A stretch of 64,000 nt of DNA from Nanobdellota archaeon (lineage in GTDB: Archaea > Nanobdellota > Nanobdellia > Pacearchaeales > GW2011-AR1): contig JBBSYD010000032.1 in the NCBI GenBank assembly GCA_038045425.1, forward strand, positions 36,417 through 100,416. Direction: 5' to 3'. Below the pieces are notes generated by a model. That model worked only from the letters and a program-made list of their open reading frames with translations, was not told the DNA's origin and did not search any database. Positions 39,000-48,985 of the stretch are shown here, in pieces. The translations under genes were made by a program, and so were the position numbers. Numbering within the stretch: the stretch's first letter is position 1; each line of letters opens with the position of its first letter.

Positions 39000-39167
39000 A
39001 TGAAGTTGCAAAAGCAGGTGAGTCGAGTATACAAAGGAGAAGAATACGAGAAATTTTGGATAGTTATACCTTCTAAGCTTGTAAAACTACTTGAATGGAA
39101 GACTGGACAAGATTTAGAGGGCGATGTGAAAGATGGGAAGCTCATAGTTGAAAAGAAGAAAAAATAA
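39000..39167 (+). CDS. AbrB/MazE-like swapped-hairpin small protein (55 aa)
   Basis: VYKGEEYEKFWIVIPSKLVKLLEWKTGQDLEGDVKDGKLIVEK has an SpoVT/AbrB-like pattern. Below the ORF-track cutoff. Confidence 0.4.
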   Translation: MKLQKQVSRVYKGEEYEKFWIVIPSKLVKLLEWKTGQDLEGDVKDGKLIVEKKKK

Positions 39168-39257
39168 GGAGATAAAAATTTAGGTGATGAAAAATAAATA
39201 TTTATTCGGTTAATTCTTAATAAAAATATATTTAAACTGCTGTATCAATCAAATTAA

Positions 39258-39599
39258 ATGAAAGAAGTTGAATTAAGACAAATTATAAAAAATAGAATAA
39301 ATTTTAGAGAAGTAAATGCTAATGTAATGTATAATGGATTTGATATGTCTGGATATAATAATAGTGGTTTTTCTAATTTAGAGATATTAGCTAAGTTTCA
39401 AGATTTAATGAATTTAAATTGTGGAACTGAAAATAGGACTCCAAATCTTCACTTACCTATATTTTGGAAAGGTAGCGGACAGATTATCAAATTAGATAAT
39501 TCTGGAAAATTTGAAGTAATAGAAGAGCTTAATGGAGAAACAACGGAAGACATTATATTCAAAATACTTAAACTGCAAAATACTGCACTTCTTGATTAA
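39258..39599 (+). CDS. hypothetical protein; last gene inside the transposon
   Basis: 113-aa ORF ending 2 bp before the right subterminal repeat. Confidence 0.4.
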   Translation: MKEVELRQIIKNRINFREVNANVMYNGFDMSGYNNSGFSNLEILAKFQDLMNLNCGTENRTPNLHLPIFWKGSGQIIKLDNSGKFEVIEELNGETTEDIIFKILKLQNTALLD

Positions 39600-39720
39600 A
39601 TTTCTGTCCGATAAGTCTTACTTTTTAGCTACTATTCGGACAAAGCCATTGAAACTGCTAGATTTAAAAACCCTGAAAACAATAAGTAAATGTATAAATA
39701 ATTAGGTTTAACTTTTTATT

Positions 39721-41358
39721 ATGATGAATAAATTTAACAAAGGCAAAAGAGGATTTGAACATAAACGAGAGAGACGCGAGTTTAGTATGGATGACTCTCC
39801 TAGACAGGCTAGTGGTAAAGTTACAATAAAAGAGCTTGTTGAAAATCCAGCTATGGCTAAAAGTACAAATCAGATTACTGCTGTGATTAATAGTGTTACT
39901 CAAACTACTGGGCCTTCATTGTTCTCGGTAAGTGATGGAACTGGAACTTTAGTTGTGAAAGCATTTGAAGGAGCAGGAGTTAGAGCATATCCTAATATTG
40001 AAGAAGATGATTGTGTTGAGATTCTATTGACTGTTAAGGAATATCAGGGAATGTTGGAAGGGGATGCAATGAGAATGACTAAGTTAAGTCCTGAAGTTTC
40101 TGAAAAAGTTAAGAAAGCGATTTCCGATATGCAAAGGGCACAGGCACAGGCAAAAGAAATTCCATTTTTAATTAAGAGTAAGGTATTGGATAAATTGAAA
40201 GAAAGTTTTATGAAAGCTGCTACTGAAATTAGATTAGCCATATTTACCAATAGACCAATAATTGTTAGACATCATAATGATGCGGATGGATATTCTTCTG
40301 GATATTCAGTTGAAAGTGCAATATTGCCTTTGTTGATGAAGCAACATGGTGGTTCTACTAAAGCATTGAGAACACACTATAATAGAGCACCAAGTAATAC
40401 TCCATTTTATGACATTGAAGATTCAATTAAAGATTCTAGTCATTCTTTAACTGGACAGGCTAATTTTTCTGAGAAGATTCCATTGGTAGTAATCGTGGAT
40501 ACTGGAAGTTCAGAAGAAAGTTTATTGGGAATTCAACAGGGAAAGATTCATGGAACTGATTTTATTGTTGTTGACCATCACTTTTCTGAGAAAGATGTAA
40601 TAAGTAAAGAAGTACTTGTTCATATTAATCCATTTTTAGTTGGGGAAGATGGAGGAAAGTATTCTGCAGGAATGTTGTGTTCTGAACTTGCTAGATTCAT
40701 TAATCCTGAGGCTTCTGTTGATCATATTCCTGCACTTGCTGGACTTGCAGATATGATTGATAATCCTGAAATTCTTGAGCAGTATATGAAGATTGCTGAA
40801 AATAAGGGGTATAGCAAGCAGTTGATGCATGATATTTCTGCGGTTATTGATTTTGTTTCCACTAAGTTAAGATTTATGGAAGCAAGAGAATATGTGGGAG
40901 TTATGTTTGGAAATCCTATTGCACAGCAGAAGAAATTAGTTAGTTTGCTTGGACCGTATGTTAGAAATTTGGAAAATAAATCGTTGGAAATTGCTAAATC
41001 GGTAGTTAGAAAGGAAGATATTGGGGGAAAGGTTGTTCAGTTCTTGTATATTGAAGAATCATTCTCAAGAGGAGTTTATCCTAAACCTGGAAGAGCTAAT
41101 GGAATGTTGCATGATTTTACATGCAAGGAAGGAAATAAGAAAGTTATTAGCCTAGGAATATTGGGAGATGCAATAACTATGAGAGCAAGTGAAGAATCTA
41201 AGTTTTCAGTTCATGATTTAATTAAGCATTTGCATAAAAGTTTACCTGGAGCATTTGTAGAAGGTGGGGGACATCATCTTGCTGGAGCAATAAGATTTGT
41301 TCCGTCGCAGAGAGAGAATGTTTTGAATGCTATTAGAACTTTTGTTAAAGCTAATTAG
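39721..41358 (+). CDS. RecJ/GAN(Cdc45)-like DHH phosphoesterase with N-terminal OB fold
   Basis: OB-like N-terminus, then DHH motifs IIVRHHNDADGYSSG, VIVDTGSS and IVVDHH, and the DHHA1 GGGH motif. Confidence 0.7.
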   Translation: MMNKFNKGKRGFEHKRERREFSMDDSPRQASGKVTIKELVENPAMAKSTNQITAVINSVTQTTGPSLFSVSDGTGTLVVKAFEGAGVRAYPNIEEDDCVEILLTVKEYQGMLEGDAMRMTKLSPEVSEKVKKAISDMQRAQAQAKEIPFLIKSKVLDKLKESFMKAATEIRLAIFTNRPIIVRHHNDADGYSSGYSVESAILPLLMKQHGGSTKALRTHYNRAPSNTPFYDIEDSIKDSSHSLTGQANFSEKIPLVVIVDTGSSEESLLGIQQGKIHGTDFIVVDHHFSEKDVISKEVLVHINPFLVGEDGGKYSAGMLCSELARFINPEASVDHIPALAGLADMIDNPEILEQYMKIAENKGYSKQLMHDISAVIDFVSTKLRFMEAREYVGVMFGNPIAQQKKLVSLLGPYVRNLENKSLEIAKSVVRKEDIGGKVVQFLYIEESFSRGVYPKPGRANGMLHDFTCKEGNKKVISLGILGDAITMRASEESKFSVHDLIKHLHKSLPGAFVEGGGHHLAGAIRFVPSQRENVLNAIRTFVKAN

Positions 41359-41540
41359 GGGAATTAAACCTAAGGTTTAGGATACATACTTTCCTGTCTT
41401 CGTGAATGTCGGAAGAAAATTGTGAAAACTTTTGCTAAAAAATAATTTAAATCAGAATTTTAGGTAAATCTATATTTATTATATATGTCCAATAATTGGA
41501 TAACCATAATCATTAAATAATCTTTTTTTGAGTAATTTTC

Positions 41541-41957
41541 ATGAATAATATAGAGTTAGTATTACTTCGACATGAAGATGAATATTTGATAAATATTTTT
41601 GTTTTGAGGGTTATTGGAGAGGGAGATAAAATAAAACAAAAGGTTCTTTATGTTGAGTCTAATCCAGTTGGAGCACCTCAAATTTTTCCAATTTGTTGGA
41701 TGAATATGAATTTTGATTCTTCTTGGAATCATTTTTATCAAAAAGATGGAAAAGTGGTCGATTATAAAATGACTCGTGAAGATGCAGTCACTCATGCAGA
41801 AAAAATGATTAGAGATAGTGCTGCTAATTATATCCAAAAAAGGTCAGGAGAATTTGGAAAGATTACATTAGTTGACAATTTATCTCATCCTTCTGGTGGA
41901 GAAACCAATTTCAATCATAGATTCTGGTATACACCTGTTTGGTTCCCTGAAATTTAA
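41541..41957 (+). CDS. hypothetical protein
   Basis: 138-aa ORF. Confidence 0.4.
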   Translation: MNNIELVLLRHEDEYLINIFVLRVIGEGDKIKQKVLYVESNPVGAPQIFPICWMNMNFDSSWNHFYQKDGKVVDYKMTREDAVTHAEKMIRDSAANYIQKRSGEFGKITLVDNLSHPSGGETNFNHRFWYTPVWFPEI

Positions 41958-42233
41958 AGGCTTTAAACTCCATAGTTCACTGCCTCTTTTTTGAACTTAA
42001 AACGCCATAAACCTAAAATGGAGTTGATAGTAGAGGAGCTAAATAATTCTTACTGATAATCTAGTGATTAGATTTAATTTATTTTTACATTTAAATCAAA
42101 ATCCATTTAGAGCATTCAATGAATATTAATTAAATATTCTATTGATGAATTATATAATTAGGGAGGATTCATATAAATTAAATATATCCTTATTTATAAT
42201 CTTATTTTTAAACTGCAGGAGATTTAATTTTCA

Positions 42234-42584
42234 ATGATAAAAAAATTATTAGATTATTTGAGTGGACTTTTAGTTTTGGGAGAAGGATTTAGAGCGCCGG
42301 AGATATCAGGCATTCCTCTCGAAGAAATAAGGAAATATGATTTAAGTCAGTTAAATTTAGTTTTACCAAATTTGATTAATGATTTTAGAGGACAACCATT
42401 TATTGAGAGCGAATTGATGTATCCTAAGTTAGCTTTGGCATTGAGTCGATATGAAGATCTTACTTCTGGAATGTATGTTCAAATAAATAGCAAAACTAGA
42501 AAGATAGAATGGCCCACTCCAGAAGAATTAACGATTCTGGATAGACTGAAAAGTAAACTTGAAGATAAACTGAATGGTAACTAA
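42234..42584 (+). CDS. hypothetical protein
   Basis: 116-aa ORF. Confidence 0.4.
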   Translation: MIKKLLDYLSGLLVLGEGFRAPEISGIPLEEIRKYDLSQLNLVLPNLINDFRGQPFIESELMYPKLALALSRYEDLTSGMYVQINSKTRKIEWPTPEELTILDRLKSKLEDKLNGN

Positions 42585-42633
42585 AACTGCGAGGAAGGAA
42601 GTTTTAAATAGACTTTTTAATCTTGAAAGTTAA

Positions 42634-42748
42634 GCGCTAGTAGTTTAGTGGTAAAACGGCTCGTTGCCAACTCTAGGAGTCTAAAGAACTACAATTGTTT
42701 AGACTAGGTAAAAACGAGCAGTCTCGAGTCCGATTCTCGACTTGCGCA
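42634..42748 (+). tRNA. tRNA-Gly (anticodon GCC) with an intron of about 44 nt at or next to the anticodon loop
   Basis: Acceptor gcgctag/cttgcgc (one U-U mismatch), D-arm gttt-agtggta-aaac, anticodon stem gctcg/cgagc separated by about 44 nt, loop ttgccaa, T-arm tcgag-tccgatt-ctcga, discriminator A. Confidence 0.6.
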
Positions 42749-43290
42749 TAAAATTAATTATTGATTTATTAACAATAGAGATTCTATAAATTCAAAACAT
42801 TTTTCTACTGCTACAATACTAAGTGCGATAAATAATCCAAAGGATAAATTTTTGTCTAATCCTCTTATGCCTACTAGATAAGTTAAACCAAAGATTAGTA
42901 TTAATGAAATTAAAAATACCCATAATTTAGCCTCAACTTTAGTTATCTTCATTAAAGGTTAAATAATTTGATTATTATAAGCTTTTGTTTACTAGAATAA
43001 AAAATTATAAATCGCTAAGATTATTATAATTATCATCATTAAAATTCCTAGTTTTTTAAGAAATTGAACAAACTCTCTATCTTCTAGTATAATCCCTTCT
43101 TTATATGAATAAGAACGTTCATATCTCTCTTTTTCTTTGCGTCTTATTTTTTCTGATTTTTTTTGTTTTCTTTTATCTATCTTGATCATTCGCATATAAT
43201 CATTAGCTCCGTAATCGTTGCCCATATATTTCTGAATCCCATTATTTATTTAAATCTGTCTTTTTATAAATAAATTAAGCTAGAGAATAC

Positions 43291-43533
43291 TTATTCTATA
43301 TTCACACGAATTTTAATACCTTCTGCTGATTTTACATAATAGGTTCCTTTATTATGCTTCTTTCCAGTTGATTTTTCTATTTCTTTTTTTGTCCATTTAA
43401 TACTCGGGCTTTCTTCAGGATAAAACATAACTAAAAGTCGGTCTATAAAATCTATGTTTGTAATTCTTTTAACTTTCATTCCTAGATGAATTAAACCATC
43501 TTCGCCAACAAAGCAACCATTATACTCAGCCAT
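43291..43533 (-). CDS. hypothetical protein
   Basis: 80-aa ORF. Confidence 0.3.
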   Translation of the reverse strand: MAEYNGCFVGEDGLIHLGMKVKRITNIDFIDRLLVMFYPEESPSIKWTKKEIEKSTGKKHNKGTYYVKSAEGIKIRVNIE

Positions 43534-44299
43534 AATAATGTACTTTTTAGTAACTTATATTACTTTCTATATTTATAAAAAGATAGTAGGAATAATTAAA
43601 AACAATGCATTCTCTTAAGATATGTGACTTTTCAGTTTTTTATTAATAAAATTCAAAGAACCATTGAAATTCTGTGTATCATTAAAGATAATCGCTCTCA
43701 TTTTTAAAGGAGGGAGAGATATCCAGTAAAGGAACACCTCTCCCTGTTATTCTATTAAGATTTATAGGATAAACTTATATATAAATATTTGTTTGGAAAG
43801 ATAATGTGCACTAATCTTGTTACTAATACTACTGCTATTTGACATTTTTGTTAAATTGATTTGCAATCATTAAAACCATAAAACAGGTATAAAAAATGAT
43901 TAAATCCTATTTGTTGCTCTTAAATACTTTCTTGCATTTTCCTCAAAATTGTCTCCAAATAGTTTTCTGAATATTTCATTAGTCGCTTTCAATTGAGATT
44001 CTATTAGTATCCTTTGTTGTTCAAACAAGGACTTATCTAAAAGAAGTTTTTCGGCATAAAGTTTCACAAACTCTGAATCTGATATCTCTAAAGTCATGAT
44101 TTATCTAAGAGGAGTTTGTATTTATAACTTTCTAACAAGTCGGGGAGAATGTTTATTAATATGATAAATTATTTGGATACTTAGGAAGATAGTTGCGTAT
44201 TTCTTCTAAGATAAAGAGAATTTGAGCCACAGTAAGCTGAGGAATATTTACTCAAAATGTAATGAATGGGTTTATAAACCGCCTAAAAAGAAAAATTAT

Positions 44300-44668
44300 A
44301 TGACTAAAGCATTACTTGGATTGCATACGAAAGCTATTGCGGTACTTACGGAGGCGTGTCTGCAAAGGAAGGGATATGAAACAGAACAGGTTAAAACTCC
44401 TGTGGAAATGTCAGCGAGAGCAAGAACTGGAGAATATAGTTTGCATATTATGGATTTGAACTTGGGAGTTTCTGGTGCCACAGATATAACTCCTGGAAGA
44501 GAAGTTTATGATTTAGTTAGAGATAGAGTTGGAAGAGGAGAAGCATTATTTTTGGGAATTTCTGGAAGCGTTGAAACTGTAGAATTAGCAGAAAGAGAAA
44601 GAATTCCGGCAATATTAAATACTAACTTATTTAGATGGATAGCTCAATTGCCAATTGTTAAAGCTTAA
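44300..44668 (+). CDS. possible receiver-like (CheY-like) domain protein
   Basis: An Asp in HIMDLNL sits where the receiver phospho-acceptor would be. Weak call. Confidence 0.3.
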   Translation: MTKALLGLHTKAIAVLTEACLQRKGYETEQVKTPVEMSARARTGEYSLHIMDLNLGVSGATDITPGREVYDLVRDRVGRGEALFLGISGSVETVELAERERIPAILNTNLFRWIAQLPIVKA

Positions 44669-44689
44669 AAACTTAAATTTCTGTTTGAA

Positions 44690-44938
44690 TTGATGGGAAG
44701 AAGAAAAACGTTTTTGAAAATACCTGAAGTGGCTGTTATTAAATGCCCTAGTTGTGGAGCTAAGAGTAAAAGAAAAGTGCCTTTGGATGCTTCGCCACAA
44801 TATTTTGATTGTGATAAATGTTCTGCTCACATTCGGACGCCAATTACGGGATGTTGTATAATTTGTGCTTTTACGAATAAAAAATGTGTGCCTAGTTTGA
44901 AAATGGAAGCAATGGCTAAGGGTTTAGAATTAAGGTGA
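44690..44938 (+). CDS. small Cys-rich zinc-finger protein
   Basis: CPSCG...CDKC...GCCIICAF. Confidence 0.4.
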   Translation: MMGRRKTFLKIPEVAVIKCPSCGAKSKRKVPLDASPQYFDCDKCSAHIRTPITGCCIICAFTNKKCVPSLKMEAMAKGLELR

Positions 44939-45514
44939 TGGACCTACTCCTCTGAGTCCTTTGAAATAGAGAGATGCTTCTGGAGTATCAATACCTAGGT
45001 GTGCTAACATCGCATCGAAATCTAATTTTCCGTTTTCAAATAATATAATTTCGGCTTTTCTTTTTAGTTTTTCGTCTAATCTGCCATAATTTTCCTCTAA
45101 ATTCGATAGAGAAAATCTAATAATTCTATGTGCTAGAGAAATGTATTCTTTTGCTCTCATAAAATATGAACCTGGAACGGGTTTAGATAATTCTTCTGTT
45201 ATAGTCCCTACGGTTGCAAGAGTTTCTATACCTTGAACTCTGGAATCTAGAAATCTCTCAGCTATTTCTACTTGTCTTATGGAATTGACTTTTCTAGGGA
45301 AATTATTTCTTAAAATATTAAGATAATAGCGAGTGTTATCCAGTCTTTCTTCTTCAGTAGATAAGGTTTCTAGTTCTCGGCCCAAGATTCTAGCATTTGA
45401 TAGCCAGGAAGAATAATCTTGTTTGCTTGACAAGGGATTTAATTTACTTGCAAGCCTTGCTCTGGTGTTCAATACTATTTGAAAAAAATGTGAATGGGGG
45501 GTGGAGGTTGCCAT
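44930..45514 (-). CDS. hypothetical protein
   Basis: 194-aa ORF. Confidence 0.4.
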   Translation of the reverse strand: MATSTPHSHFFQIVLNTRARLASKLNPLSSKQDYSSWLSNARILGRELETLSTEEERLDNTRYYLNILRNNFPRKVNSIRQVEIAERFLDSRVQGIETLATVGTITEELSKPVPGSYFMRAKEYISLAHRIIRFSLSNLEENYGRLDEKLKRKAEIILFENGKLDFDAMLAHLGIDTPEASLYFKGLRGVGPSP

Positions 45515-45565
45515 GTGTTTTTAGAAAAGGGCAAGGTTTAAAAGATTATTGTTTCAAGAGATTTT

Positions 45566-45796
45566 ATGGGTTTAATTAAGGTTGCTTTTAATTTTGATGA
45601 ACAATCTTTAGCAGAATTAGAAAAAATTAGACTAAGATATGGTTTGAAAACAGTGGAAGAAGCAATAATTACTTCTTTGAGCGTATATCGTCGAGTTATT
45701 AAAGAATATTTACAAGGATATGAAGAATTAGCTGTGAGAAATCCAAAAACGGGTGAAGAAAGAACATTTACGCCTGAGGCTATACTTTGGGGATAA
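45566..45796 (+). CDS. small hypothetical protein, possibly ribbon-helix-helix
   Basis: 76 aa, MGLIKVAFNFDEQSLAELEKIRLRYGL. Confidence 0.4.
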   Translation: MGLIKVAFNFDEQSLAELEKIRLRYGLKTVEEAIITSLSVYRRVIKEYLQGYEELAVRNPKTGEERTFTPEAILWG

Positions 45797-45864
45797 ATTA
45801 GAGCAATAGTTTCTAGAGATCTGGGCAGAAATGTTTATAAGACTAAAAATAAGCAGATAATTAT

Positions 45865-45935
45865 GGCCCATTAGGCTAATGGTAGACCGGTTCGTTTACA
45901 CCGAACATGCGGAGGTCCGATTCCTCCATGGGCCA
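45865..45935 (+). tRNA. tRNA-Val (anticodon TAC)
   Basis: Acceptor ggcccat/atgggcc (perfect), anticodon arm gttcg-tttacac-cgaac, T-arm ggagg-tccgatt-cctcc, discriminator A. The D-stem is imperfect. Confidence 0.65.
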
Positions 45936-45938
45936 CTT

Positions 45939-46517
45939 TTATTTTTTATAATTGCCTGGAAATATAAAATAGGCTGCAGTTCCATCATTTTTTAGGAAAG
46001 GAACTTTATATCCTTCTGCGTCTCTTTCAACTCTATCCTTTAATGGGAAAGGGAATTCAAAAGGTCTCCTGGGTAAATTACTTTCTGCAAGAGAATCAAG
46101 ATTAAATATTTGACCTACTCCAGTTTTAATAGTTTTCATCCTGAATAAATCTCCTTGTTTTTCATATTTGAATTCTACAAACAAATGAGATTCTGGTGAA
46201 ATGTCTATACCTAACCAATAAACTTGCCCTCGCTTATCCGGTCTTTTTATATCCATAGATAATTCCATTCCAGAAACAATGCCTCGATCATAATCAACTA
46301 CCAAGCAAGTCTTATTTGTTAATATTGGTTGGGCATTTCTTTCTTCAGACTGTCTTTTTAGAAAATTATGAGTAAAGATCCATCTATGTTCAACATCGCT
46401 AAATAGAAGAATGTCTAAACGCGCTTCTCCCTGTGGAAGACTTATCTTGTATTCTCTTGGAATTTTTCTTCTCATGTTATTTTCAGAATTAGGCTTCTGA
46501 GGTTGCCATCGCCTCAA
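45939..46517 (-). CDS. hypothetical protein, sole ORF between tRNA-Val and its partial downstream duplicate
   Basis: 192-aa ORF with no recognisable integrase motifs. Confidence 0.45.
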   Translation of the reverse strand: MRRWQPQKPNSENNMRRKIPREYKISLPQGEARLDILLFSDVEHRWIFTHNFLKRQSEERNAQPILTNKTCLVVDYDRGIVSGMELSMDIKRPDKRGQVYWLGIDISPESHLFVEFKYEKQGDLFRMKTIKTGVGQIFNLDSLAESNLPRRPFEFPFPLKDRVERDAEGYKVPFLKNDGTAAYFIFPGNYKK

Positions 46518-46604
46518 AAATCTATAAATTAGTTCATTTTAAAACCTTTCGAATTTTATCCTCTTGTAGATTACAGAACAAGTATACCCTTTTAGTTAGA
46601 GTCA

Positions 46605-46655
46605 TTTACACCGAATGGTCGGGAGTTCGATTCCTCCATGGGCCACTTTTATTTT
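46605..46655 (+). repeat. att-like partial duplicate of the tRNA-Val(TAC) 3' half plus 3' flank
   Basis: tttacaccgaa and cgattcctccatgggccacttttatttt are identical to 45895..45905 and 45918..45945. The middle 12 nt differ. Confidence 0.65.
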
Positions 46656-46696
46656 GTTTTAGTTCAATTTATAAATTGCCAAAGGAAGGTAGTATT

Positions 46697-47584
46697 ATGA
46701 AATTAAATAAAATTATTTCGATATTAGATGAAGAATTTGATGTTGATGAAGTTAATGATGATTGGCATTGGCTTTTTGATGAGATGTTTCTCGAGAAATC
46801 TCTTGGGACGTTTAGAAAGCCTGGGAAAAATACTGGGCTGATGATTGCTAATTCTGACGAGGTTAATAAAATATATACTGCGTTCTCTCCGAGCAGATTT
46901 GTTCTTGAAGAAATAAGAATGCGCGGAATTGTAAATGTTCTTCTTGTGGTAAAACATCCATTTGATTGGGATGGAAGAAGGAATGGGCCGGGATTCTTAT
47001 TTTTTAAGGATGTGGATTATAAATTAATGGAAGGAATGGGAATATCAATATATTCTTTGCATACTCCTCTGGATAAAGATAGAAATGATAAGGTTGTGTC
47101 TACGGCTTATGGATTTGCAAAGAAAATAAAGCTAAAGGTTGAAGAAGAATTTGGAGTTGATGCGAGTAATCCTGATTTGAAAATAGGTTTAATTGGAAAA
47201 GTGCCTGAAAAGAATATTCTTGACTTTGTAGAGAGAATAAATGGAATTTTGGATTATAAAGTTAAATTGAATAAAGTAAATAATGAAGTTGGAAAAGTTG
47301 CAATTGTAACTGGGGGAGGATTTGTTCCAGAAATTGTGGAGCAAGCTAAGGAGAGAGGAGTTAATACTTATATTACTGGGGTAATTACTCCGAATGCTTC
47401 TGAATATGACAAACAAACTTACAAAGAAAAATTTTCTAAGATAAAAAAGCTAGGATTAAACATAATTGGATGTTCTCATTATTTGACTGAAAAATGGGCG
47501 ATGGAATATTCGATACCTTACTTTTCAGATATCTGTAAATCCGAATTTATTGAGGATAAAGAAGCCTGGAACCTTCTTGAATAA
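46697..47584 (+). CDS. Nif3-like dinuclear metal centre protein (DUF34)
   Basis: VAIVTGGGFVPEIVEQAKERGVNTYITGV and LGLNIIGCSHYLTEKWAMEY match the Nif3 C-terminal pattern. Confidence 0.65.
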   Translation: MKLNKIISILDEEFDVDEVNDDWHWLFDEMFLEKSLGTFRKPGKNTGLMIANSDEVNKIYTAFSPSRFVLEEIRMRGIVNVLLVVKHPFDWDGRRNGPGFLFFKDVDYKLMEGMGISIYSLHTPLDKDRNDKVVSTAYGFAKKIKLKVEEEFGVDASNPDLKIGLIGKVPEKNILDFVERINGILDYKVKLNKVNNEVGKVAIVTGGGFVPEIVEQAKERGVNTYITGVITPNASEYDKQTYKEKFSKIKKLGLNIIGCSHYLTEKWAMEYSIPYFSDICKSEFIEDKEAWNLLE

Positions 47585-47893
47585 ATTGTGGACGGAATTA
47601 GTATAAGGAAATCTAGCTTAATAGCTTCAATGCATATCTTCAATATTGAATGAATATTCCTAACCTGTGTTGCCTGGAAGCACATGGTAAATTATATTCA
47701 ATTGTGACAAGGAATAAAAGATTTCGTTAATATCTTTAATTATGAATAAACAGACTTTAAGTCTAAGTGAAGGGAGTACTATTTGTTCTGAAGCCATTAA
47801 CATTGAAAGAGGTGTTGATGGGTTTATTCCGATGGGTTGGTTTTAATAACAAATAACTATTTCCTAGGTGACTACGCTTTCAAAATTATGTAG

Positions 47894-48829
47894 TCACCCA
47901 ATAATCTTTTTGAGGGCTTTATATTCTCGGATAAATAATTTTATTGTTGGTTTAAGATCTTGCCTTTTTTGATATGCTTGTAAGGATTCATAATATTCAC
48001 TTCTATTTTTTAAATCAATGTTCATTGGAGGCAGATTGTGTTTAATTAGAATGTTATTTAGAAGAATTCTTCCGACTCGTCCATTTCCATCTACAAATGG
48101 GTGAATATTCTCAAATTGGTCATGAACTACTGCTGCCAAAATTAGTGCAGGATAGCTATTTCTATTCTTTTCATACCATACAACTAGCTCTTTTAATAAA
48201 AACACAACTCTAAACTGCGGGGCTCCCTCGTGTAATATTTCCCCTAAACTATTTGCAACTACTACTTCCTCTCCAGGTTTTCTAAATTGCCCAGCAAACT
48301 TTTTAGAATTCTTAAAAACAGTTCTATGAATTTCTTTAATTAATTCAAGTGAAATATGCTCTTTAGTTTTTCTAATATGTTTTATAGCTTCATTTACTCC
48401 ATATGCTTCGGCAATGTCATTTTTTGGTTTGTCGGGCCATTTATCATGTTCAAGAACTCCCTTAACTTCAACGCTATTTAGTTCACTTCCTTCAATAGCA
48501 TTAGTATTGTATGTAAACAACTCGGAAAAAGTCTGCCATTGCTCTTCCGATAGATGATTTATGCTAATAGGTATACTTTTCTCAATTTTTTTTACAAAAT
48601 CGATATCTTTGATAGACAGTTCAAATTTTAAGGGATCTTTGATGATATTATACTTTCTAATATCTTCAATAATTAGAACTTCTGCTTTAGCTTTTCTTTC
48701 TTCCAATAATTTTTCATCTAAGTCAGCTCCAAGAAACTTTCTTATTTTATGGACTTTGCTTCCTTCTCTAAATGAATGAGATAAATAATATTTTATCTTC
48801 TTTCCCAATTTTCTTTTCTCTAAATGCAT
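47894..48829 (-). CDS. Fic/DOC family protein
   Basis: HPFVDGNGRVGR is the canonical Fic motif HPFx[DE]GNGR. Confidence 0.8.
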   Translation of the reverse strand: MHLEKRKLGKKIKYYLSHSFREGSKVHKIRKFLGADLDEKLLEERKAKAEVLIIEDIRKYNIIKDPLKFELSIKDIDFVKKIEKSIPISINHLSEEQWQTFSELFTYNTNAIEGSELNSVEVKGVLEHDKWPDKPKNDIAEAYGVNEAIKHIRKTKEHISLELIKEIHRTVFKNSKKFAGQFRKPGEEVVVANSLGEILHEGAPQFRVVFLLKELVVWYEKNRNSYPALILAAVVHDQFENIHPFVDGNGRVGRILLNNILIKHNLPPMNIDLKNRSEYYESLQAYQKRQDLKPTIKLFIREYKALKKIIG

Positions 48830-48985
48830 ACTAATATAATGGGTGACTACATATATAAATGCTTCTAATTAAATGTCTACAAAGAGGATTATGCCTGGGG
48901 AAAAGGGTATTATGCCTCGACCGAGCACACTACTTGTTTTTGCCTAAAGGATAGCTTTAAAGAGTGATTTTTTGTACCTTATTGG

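Larger units (their letters stand above)
32884..39647. mobile_element. transposon-like unit (6764 bp) with 20-bp imperfect TIRs and 9-bp target-site duplication ATTGAAACT
   Basis: Left TIR 32884..32903 ggctttgtccgataagtagg. Right TIR 39628..39647 is the reverse complement of ggctttgtccgaatagtagc. The direct 9-bp ATTGAAACT lies immediately outside at 32875..32883 and 39648..39656. Subterminal copies of ctgtccgaWWagt occur at 32904..32920 and 39602..39617. Confidence 0.7.

Noticed and set aside
46541-46660. Possibility that the partial tRNA-Val copy is the 3' half of a split (trans-spliced) tRNA as in Nanoarchaeum
   Set aside because: There is no GC-rich leader/trailer complement and no matching 5' acceptor strand (ggcccat) anywhere nearby. 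An att-like duplication explains the shared 3' flank better.
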